Below, piece after piece: positions 55,235 to 64,000 of a DNA stretch of 64,000 bases. The notes under the pieces were generated by a model. That model had not been told where the DNA came from. It was given only the letters and a program-made list of their open reading frames with translations, and did no database searches. Each line of letters opens with the position of its first letter. Within the stretch, counting starts at the first letter, position 1. The position numbers and the translations under genes are program-made. The DNA comes from Strigamia acuminata (lineage: Eukaryota). The stretch lies in the NCBI GenBank assembly GCA_949358305.1, contig OX442314.1, forward strand, positions 26,908,001-26,972,000, read 5' to 3'.

Positions 55235-56072
55235 CTTTGGAACATGTTTCATTACGACTTTATTCAATTGAGGCTTTTGATATCTCCATAATGTTTCGAG
55301 CGATGGTTTCTTATCACTGTTCATTAGATCAATGAAATGAATTTTGCATGGATCTTTCATAATCTTCTTTGCATATCGTTCTCTGTATACGGTCATTAGT
55401 TTGCCATCGTTGCAGGCAATTATATTAGGCATGTAAATGGTGTCGTTTTCTTGAACTTTAACTACGAATTTGATTGGTTCGCTGTAGTATAGCTGTATTT
55501 TCGTTGCAGTTAAATATACGGCAATTATGGTATTTGTCAATAACACAATTAAACGCACGAAACGACCAATCGATGGCATTTTATGTGAAGTAATGTGGCT
55601 TTTTTTAGACATTACTTTGTCATGTATCTCCACTATTTTACTTTTAAGGTTTGTGTTTGATTGACAAAGAGGCTGAGAATTGTATTTTCTAATTTTCTCG
55701 TGCAGTCGCTTAATCGATGCTTGTCCTATTGCTACCAAGGATAACAATGATAATCCCAATGAAAATCCCAAATTTCCGCCAAAGTCTACTAGCAATGCGA
55801 TTACGTCGTAGTCAGGCACTTCAGTCATGACTATGAATGTTGTGTCAGTCTGTTTCATTTCGACGACAACTGTACTCTTGTCGGGTGATCTCGCTGAGGC
55901 TACTTCCGATATGTATATTTGCTTCGTGCAAGGTCTCAAGCAACCACAATCCAATGTTGCTTTTGTTGATAATACATGTTTGAATGTGTTGCCATGAGTT
56001 TTAGCAACAATTGTTGTATTTTTTACCTCGCTGCAGTCCCTAATTTCATGTTTAAAATCCATATATGGTAGT
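55235..56072 (-). CDS. Copy B exon 6 (TM2-linker-TM1 fusion exon, still open)
   Basis: ORF 55208-56062, closely similar to ORF 23267-24172. Confidence 0.85.
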
Positions 56073-56106
56073 CTGAAATTTAAAAATTGTTTTTATTTAA
56101 ATCAGC

Positions 56107-56576
56107 TGTGGCAGCTGTGACAGCCTGGGGACTGGATACCATGGGTGGGACGCATACTCATGTTAAATAAGACAAAGGACTCCAGATTGATGGGTTGTTG
56201 GCTTTTATTAATCGTTGTGTAGGGGTTGGAGTCTCCAGTCTACACATGTGTTTGGCGGTGCCATACCAGCACCGACCCGTCACACGTGGGGAGGGATCCC
56301 CATGAATGACGTGGCCGGTTGGACATAACTATTTTGCCGCACTTAACTGTACAGCCCATGTAACTGCTCATGGGTGGTGGATCGACCATCTCACCACTGA
56401 GCGTCACCGGTCTAGGTCTCGGTTTCGGTCTCGACTCAGCGCTCTTCTGTCCTTACACCACTCTGCTCCCTCCTTTCCCTTACTTGGTCATATCACTCCG
56501 TGAGGAGGGGACCTTGGGGCCATTGGGCAGTGTTTGGTAGTGACGCAGGTCACCTTTGGGTGGCCAAGCGGTCACA
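56107..56576 (-). mobile_element. Probable solo LTR (470 bp) in intron 5 of copy B
   Basis: TG..CA termini; TSD CAGC; empty site at ~24211; minus-strand AATAAA. Confidence 0.75.
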
Positions 56577-56843
56577 CAGCAATAGGAAGAAATGTGTTCT
56601 TTTTAAATTTTAAAGTTAAATTTCAAGTCTGATAAACTTGACTACACTGTATAGTCAATATTTTGATTTACCGGCATTTAGGTTTCTCTCTCCGCGCCAA
56701 ACAATCTTCGTAACACTTTATACTATCTTCTTCGTTGGAATTGCACCCAGGGTGTTGTGATGGTAGGAAATTGTACTGGAAATTAAAATGTTAATTCTCA
56801 AAGTCTTACAATTTTGTATATAACACATCAAAAACACAAAGAC

Positions 56844-59800
56844 TGTTGGGATATTTGATGTGGAAAATCACCACTTGATGTCATTGTGTAATTAATGTAG
56901 TTTGAGTTTTTTTTGTATCCTGTGGTGACACTCCTACCATATATGGAGTGAACATCCTTCCTGTGTTTTTTCCCCACTCATTCACTTGATGTAGAACAGT
57001 GAGGTTGCTCCTAACTTGTATTAAACTTCAACCGTTTTTACTTGATTCATAACAAATGGTAGCAGAGAGGAAGGTTGAACAATCATCAGCCACATTGAAT
57101 TGATGAAAAACGGTATTGAGACCGAAAAACAAGAAGATTTGAGCAGATTTGAGGCAACGGTTGAGAGCAACCACGAGGCGAAAACCGAGAGTAACGACGC
57201 GCCATCTTGAAGTGCACGATACGAGACGACGAGAAACAACTTTAACAAAGACTGTGAGCAACAATTCGATTCGAGGTGAATTAAACAATATTGAGATTGT
57301 GCCACAGAACCGAGACGGAAGAAAAAGTTGAACAATACGTGCAATTTGAGACGAAACCAACAAAGATGAGCGATACCGGTAATTGGAGTTTGGCAAACAT
57401 TGAGCCACTAAATGATGCGAATTATTTCTTATGGGAATCAAGAGTGGAGGGAATCCTCAGAGCCAAGAAATTGTGGAAAGAAGTAATTGTAGGAGCCGAA
57501 CCGCCACGTGGAGTTCAAGGAGAAGCGGATTTTGCCGCAAAAGAGAAAACCTGGGACGAATGGGATGATAAAAACGCGGCGGCCCACTTCACGATGATCA
57601 GCACAAGAACGGCACCACAAGTTTTGAAGTATTCAAACACAAAAGGTGCAAAGGCACTTTGGGATTTGGTAAAAACCAACATGGCGGCGAAAACCCAAGA
57701 ATTGCAAATGAGGAGTGCCTGCGAGCTGACACAGCTAAAGATGAATAACAAAGAAGATGTAGACACGTACATGAACGGGCCGAAGCCATAATTAACCGCT
57801 GTGCAAAACTTGGCAAAAAAATAGATGACTACGAATGCAAGTTTTATGTGACGAAAGGATTGCGGAGAGAATTTGACGCAAATGTGCGCGCAATTGAAGT
57901 GCAGGCGAATTTAGACATGTCAAAAATTCGCAACATATTAAAAATGGAGGAAGGGCGAATTTCAGCTTGAAAAGATGACAAAAACGCGACAACAAATGAA
58001 ACCGCACTCAAGACACGTGAGAGAAGGCAGAAGCCAAAGCGCACATGCTTCAACTGTGGCTGTCGAGGACATATGGCAAGAGAATGCTACAGTGAGGCAA
58101 AATGTTTCAACTGCCAGGAATTTGGACATTTATCGAAAGATTGTTCGAAACCCAAACGAGAGTTTAAAAGTGGCGACTCAAGAGGACGTGGGCGAGGCAG
58201 AGGCGGTCAGCGAGGTTGCGGCAGAGGAAAGAGCGAAATATCAATGATGGCACTTGAAGAAAAAGCAGAATTCACGCTAATGACGTACGAGATGGATGAA
58301 AACACGAATGATGAAGAGACGAATGAAGAACCAGATGGAGAGAGCGATTGGGTATTAGACTCCGGATCGACAAGCCACATGACGGCGCTGAATGCGAAAC
58401 ATTTCGACACATTTGATAAAGATGAGAAAAATATCGGAATGGCGAAGAAGGGAAAAAGCATGAAGTCAATTGGAATGGGCGAGATTGTGCTCGAACACGA
58501 CAGAAAAAATTCCAGATTGAAGAAAGTATTGTGTGTGCCGCAAATTGGAAGCAATTTGTTGTCAGTATCGAAAATTGTCGATAATGGACTAAAAGTCACA
58601 TTCTCCAAAATGAGCGCAACAATTAATGATGAAAATGGAGAACAAGTTATGACGGTACCAAGAAAAGGAGACATGTTTGTGTTGCACGCGAATATTAAAC
58701 AATGCGAGAAGTCGTACCAAGCGGAGGAAAATGGCAATAATTGGCACGTGAGATTGGGACACCTGAATTACAACACCCTGCGAGAAATGAAAAATGAAGA
58801 ACTTGCATATGGCATAGAAATTAGCAGCAAAGGTGGCACCGTGTGTGAACCATGCATCGCAGGAAAAATGAAAAAGACGTCGCACAAGTCGGTAACAGAC
58901 CGCCAATCGTCCAGCATCATGGAGTTGTGGCACATCGATCTAATTGGACCAATTGGACCCGAATCTCGAGGAGGTGCAAACTATGTAATGACTGTAGTGG
59001 ACGACTGGAGTAGGATGTTGATGGTAAAAACATTAAATGCAAAAAGCGACGCAAAAGAGAAGTTGACAGAACTAATCACCTGCATGGAGAGACAGACTGA
59101 CAAGAAGCTAAAGAAATTGAGGAGCGACAATGGCGGCGAGTTCTTGTCCAAAAGCATGAAAGAATGGACGACAAAAAGGGGCATTGAACATCAGCTGACC
59201 ACAGCATTTAACCCGGCTAGCAACGGCGTCGCAGAACGCGCGAACCGGACAATACTTGAGATGTTGAGAGCAATATTAAAAGATTGCAAACTGCCAAAGA
59301 CGTTTTGGGCGGAGTGTGCATCGACAGTGGCACACATCCGCAACCGATGCAAATCGTCAATTCATGGACGCACACCATTTGAGATATGGTTTGGCAGAAA
59401 ACCAAATTTAAAATTTTTGAGAAGATTTGGATGTATAGCATATGTGCTAATCAAGGATCATAAACGAAAGAAACTAGATCCCAAGGCAGAAAAAGCAATA
59501 TTCATTGGCTACTCGAATACAAGGAAGGCCTACCGAATTTATCATCCGGAAAGTGATTCGATTAGTGAAGAAATCGATGTGAAATTTGACGAGAGTAAAA
59601 CTGGTGCAGACTTGCTGAATGGAAAAATCCAAGACGATGAAGAGATTGAAACAGTCAAAATCGATCTGAACTGCGAAGAAAATGAAGACGAGTCAGACGA
59701 TGCCGAGGAAGAAAAACAAAATGAAATAAATGAAGAAGAAGAGGAAACAAATGAAACAGAGATCAACGCGGAAGAAAATGACGACCAAGATGAACGTGCC

Positions 59801-60731
59801 GAACCACCACAGAGAGGGCGACCGGCAGGGGTGACCAGAGAAATGAAATTGGTCGCAGACACGATGCAAAGAGAGAAACGAGAACGACAGTTAGTCGCCC
59901 AAGGAGCACGAAGATCAGAGAGAATTAAGACGAAGCAAATGGCATTACTAGTAGAAGAAATTCTAACGCCGAAAAATTATAATGAAGCGACAAATTCCAA
60001 CAACGCGACGGAATGGAAAGCCGCGATGGATGACGAAATGAGTTCGATGAAACAACACGGAGTGTGGAAAATTGGAAAATTGCCAAAAGGAAAGAAGGCG
60101 GTGAAATCCAAGTGGGTTTATAAAGTGAAGTTAAATTCCGAGGAGGAACCGGAAAGATTCCGAGCGAGACTAGTAGCCACTGGATACTCGCAGAAATTTG
60201 GGGACGACTACGAGCTGATCTTCGCCGGGCGAAGTTCGCCCCGGTTATCCGAATAGAGACTCTGAGAATGCTGATTAATGTAGCAGCGAAAATCAACAGA
60301 CCATTAAAGCAACACGATGTCAAAGCCGCTTATCTTCACGGCAAGCTGAAAGAAGTAATATTTATGATGCAGCCAGAAGGATACGTTGAAGGAGGAAAGG
60401 AACATGTATGCCAATTAATCAAAAGCATTTATGGATTAAAACAGGCAGGGAGATGTTGGTTTGAAATGTTAGACAAAACCTTGAAGAAAATTGGATTTAA
60501 ACCATCTCCAGAGGACCCATGCCTTTACGTGATTTTTATTGACGGCAACTTTATGTTTCTAGGCGTATACGTGGACGATGACCTGTCCTTGGCATCCACA
60601 GACGAATTTGAGACGGAATTAATGTCGAAAATGAAGGAAGAAATTGAGTTCGTGAGCATAGGCAGACTGGAATACATCTTGGGAATCCAAGTCGAGTATA
60701 AAAATGGAAGAATCAACATCCACCAAGGCTA
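56844..60731 (+). mobile_element. 3'-truncated Ty1/Copia LTR retrotransposon
   Basis: LTR 56844-57054 (TGTT..AACA); PBS TGGTAGCAGAG (initiator tRNA-Met) at 57057-57067; domain order gag-PR-IN-RT; no RNase H or 3' LTR. Confidence 0.93.
57366..60731 (+). pseudogene. gag-pol: Copia gag-pol, frameshifted and truncated
   Basis: IEPLNDANYFLW gag start, CCHC knuckles, WVLDSGSTSHM, WHVRLGH, LRSDNGGEF, IYGLKQ, YVDD; split over several ORFs. Confidence 0.92.
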
Positions 60732-61038
60732 GATGGAGGTACACCACACTAATGCTGTTCACACCCACGACTTGCGACCTGCAAGGGGTATCCCTGAAGT
60801 TGTTAAGACGAAGTGCGGACACCCATCGAAAGCTAAGAGCATTGTGTTCACAATGACAAGAAAACTAAATAACAATACAAAGTGTTGGGGTACATTGGAT
60901 AATAATTGGCGATAGATTTGTTGGGGGGAATAAATTTATTAGGGGAAACTAAAGTTAGGGGAGTGTCATAATTTAATTGGGGGGGTTTTGAGTGGGGGAA
61001 ATTAAAATTATTTTAGGGGGGTAATTTGTCGCCTTTCC
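60732..61038 (+). mobile_element. Right arm of a MULE related to 6704-7750
   Basis: Degenerate K(C)G(H)PSKAK/RALCSQ* matches RKRGRPAKAKRALCTQ*; followed by a similar G-run-rich subterminal arm; right end approximate. Confidence 0.65.
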
Positions 61039-63313
61039 TAACAATAGGTAATCGATTACAATGTCTGTACATCTAATGCAATTATGGAGTTCCGATCTGC
61101 TTTTAAGTGTCACTGCACAAGTGAAATGGCTCTGCCAATGGGAGAAAGGCCCAACTTATAGTGAGCTAGAGTATACCGGTATGTACATACAATATTAAAC
61201 ATCTCATCTATCTTCGATGTTAAATTGTTCGTTATGTTACTTGGGAGGAGTTTGTTTTTCCGTAATTTGCCTGGAACACTTTAAAGAAAAGTAAAGTAAA
61301 CACCCTGTATTCTCACCATCACAGCTGGTATCTTGCAGCTTCCATTTTTCTGAAACTGCCACATCATAGAGAATCCCTCAGCCATGGACAAATCTAAAAA
61401 TTTCAATGATATAACTTGAAACTTATTTACTGTATCCAGATCAGATAAAAATCCTTTCCTCACTAATGTTGTTGCAGTTATTGGGGATATTTTATGGTAG
61501 ATTGGCAGGAAATTGCACATTCTATTGTTAATGATAATGAAGCATCGTTACAACATTTGTCATTAAGGTGTAATTTCTGAACCAACAATGCTAGACTAAA
61601 AATGTTAATCTACAATATTGTCTAGCGTTGTTGATTAAGAATTTAGAACTGGGAAGACAATGTCGCAACGATGCTACAAAAACAACAAATGTCTCATTGG
61701 ATTTGTCATGTCCAATTTCCTACCAATTTTACAGTTTTACCTTGGGCATAATGGCTATGTGCGAGCATGACAAGGAAAGGACTTTTTTCTGCTTTGTAGA
61801 GCAGTTTTTATTACTTGTTTTGAAAATTAAAGCAACGCCCATCATTGTATTTTTTTCACTGATCTCTATATTTGAATTAGTTGTTACAATTTTGCTATTA
61901 TTTTTAGTCATTTTAAAAATAGATTTCTTGTACTAATAAAAAGAAATAACTTAGTTAAATATAATAAAGGAATAAAACAAATCAGAAAAGGAAGTGAAGT
62001 GCTGAACTTGAGTTTTACATATTGGTTTAAAGCGCATTTACAAACGGATCGTGGTAATTAGATCGAATAAAACAAGAGTGAAATCGGATTTTGCTCTTGT
62101 TCAAACATGTTTGTGCAACAAAAACGAATGCATTGCGCGCTTATTCAATGCAGCTAGCAGTTGAGAGTTTGAATAAGCGCGAAATAAGTATATTGAATTA
62201 TGCTTTTGTTCAAACAGTGTAGAACCACATTTGCAATCGCTAAAATTGCTCCCAAATTTTCGACGTTGTTAAATTGTGACGAATTAAAAATATTTACTTC
62301 AAACATACACAGGACCTAGCTCTCTTTTAGGAGAGAACAGGAACTGGATAGCCAAAACACATTCAGGATAAAGTCATTGTCTTAATCTAAACGATGTGCA
62401 GGTGTGAGGGGTGGCTTAATCTTGGTTTAATCCTTTGGCCAAGTTTGTTGGAAATTAGTTATTCTTGGTTATTACATATAAATATTAATTTATGTTATAT
62501 TTTAAACAGTAATTCTTTTACTTACAAATGCATAAAACATTTGTATTTATGTATTTAATCAACTATATTAAATTTGCCATCTAGGGACAAAATTATTCAT
62601 TTACATGAATATAGTTCATGACTGTCACACAGTTACCATACAAAATCAGACAGGACAAGAGCGCATGACTTCCTGTTGGAGGGCAATATGTCTTGTGTCG
62701 TCTGTATGTCTATGAGGGATGCAGGATTTTTATTAGTCATGACCGTATCAAAAATATTTCTAAGACTATCAGAGGGTTCTTCTTCAGCTCTCCTTTTCAC
62801 TGCTGCAGCAACCTTACACTTAGCAAGTGCAGCAGCTAAGTCTGCCATTAGTGTTTGGGAATTACCTGTATATAAGCTACATGCTTTATCAACACATACT
62901 TGTACAAGTAGTATGTACATTTTTCTCTGTTGATGAGCATCTTGGCTGCGGATTGCTTCACTTTAGTGACGCCGTTTTAGCGACGCCGTTTTTAAGGTGC
63001 TTAGGTTCAGTTAGTTTAGGTTAGTTTAGGTGTAGTTAGTTTAGGTTAAGTCAAGGTCATGATGCTGCATTTCCGATTAATCGGAGATGCAGCATGTGCG
63101 TGGACGCTGGCCCACAAGCCTACAGTAGGGGGTGAAGGAGAGATTGAGTGGTGACCATATTTTTTTTCAGGTTTTTAGGCTCTTAGAGTATCAAAATCCT
63201 AGCTATGGCTCTGCTAAGAGCCCATCATGCAACTTGCACACAGACCCATTGGTGTATTACTACGCCGCTGACCACGAGTACTGTATTTATGCTGTAACAG
63301 CAGTGTGCACCTA

Positions 63314-63617
63314 TACTCTGGTTCGACTCAAGAGTATGCCCTTCTAAGAGCCGCATCACTGGTGTAGTGATCCATAAATGTAGACCCAAACACCATAACA
63401 AACAATAGTTTTTCATTCACATGTCCATAGAACTTTATTTCTTACAAGGAAGTAACATTTATGTATAAAAATAATCAAAATTATATCAACTTAAATGGTA
63501 ATAACAATCACAAATGATAATAAAAATAAAAACTACTTCCCCTAGTGGTAGTAATACAACCTTGAGTTAGGAGTAATGCGGCTCTTAGAAGGCATACTCT
63601 TGAGTCGAACCAGAGTA
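63314..63617. mobile_element. MITE with TA flanks (Tc1/mariner-like)
   Basis: ~45-bp TIR TACTCTGGTTCGACTCAAGAGTATGCC; inserted in a ~33-bp tandem repeat. Confidence 0.8.
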
Positions 63618-64000
63618 TATCTATGCTGTAACAACAGTGTGCACCTACAGTATCTATGCTTTAACAACAGTGTGCACGTATCCATGACATGTAATTGCAT
63701 CCCTAAGTTCCCAATTCACTTTAAGCGACGATTTAACAGAACCAAGTAATCGCATAAAATGAGGGATACCTTTATTTGAATTTTGAAATAACAGATTTTC
63801 TTACTTAATTGATAAACAAATAAAACATTCTTACTTGATGTGCTTCTACAAGCTCCAAATTGTTTAGCATACTTGAATCTAGCCACAACTGAGTGTAATT
63901 AAAAGTCTTGGTAGCACTCTTTATAATCCCTTTCACTGCATTCCCACAATCTATACGATCCTCTATGCCATTTTTTATTGGTCGCCAATATGGAGCCAAA

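Larger units (their letters stand above)
51722..64000 (-). pseudogene. DEG/ENaC double-domain gene copy B (tandem paralog, 5' end outside the window), probably pseudogenised
   Basis: Exons >64000-63835, 61932-61815, 61393-61317, 56775-56672, 56072-55235, 54900-54816, 54752-54667, 52721-52620, 52266-52157, 52096-~51722. No exon 4 is found (Copia/MULE junction region). A 1-bp deletion near 51839 (CTCGAA to CTGAA) shifts the frame before the final TM2. Confidence 0.75.

Noticed and set aside
62633..62920. 95-aa ORF resembling a MULE/FLYWCH-associated fragment
   Set aside because: Too short and degenerate, with no termini or TSD found.

Overview
AT-rich eukaryotic, most likely invertebrate, genomic DNA with GT-AG introns; it is not prokaryotic. 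The backbone is a tandem pair of minus-strand DEG/ENaC (pickpocket/ASIC-like) channel genes. Copy A (47663->4921) can be reconstructed by hand as 11 exons, 2463 nt, about 820 aa, with no stops. It encodes two complete DEG/ENaC subunits fused head-to-tail: TM2 of subunit 1 runs into TM1 of subunit 2 within one exon, and both halves share the intron-phase series 0-1-0-0-2. Copy B (window end -> ~51722) has the same architecture but lacks exon 4 and has a frameshift before the last TM2. Introns and flanks are filled with transposons: three full-length Ty3/Gypsy elements, a truncated Copia and a Copia fragment, three solo LTRs, MULE derivatives, several MITEs and a probable Helitron. The two large Gypsy elements both carry an A_AAA_AAC plus hairpin -1 frameshift signal. 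Both also carry a predicted spliced, non-Env accessory gene between pol and the 3' LTR. All calls come from reading the sequence by eye; no database searches were run.
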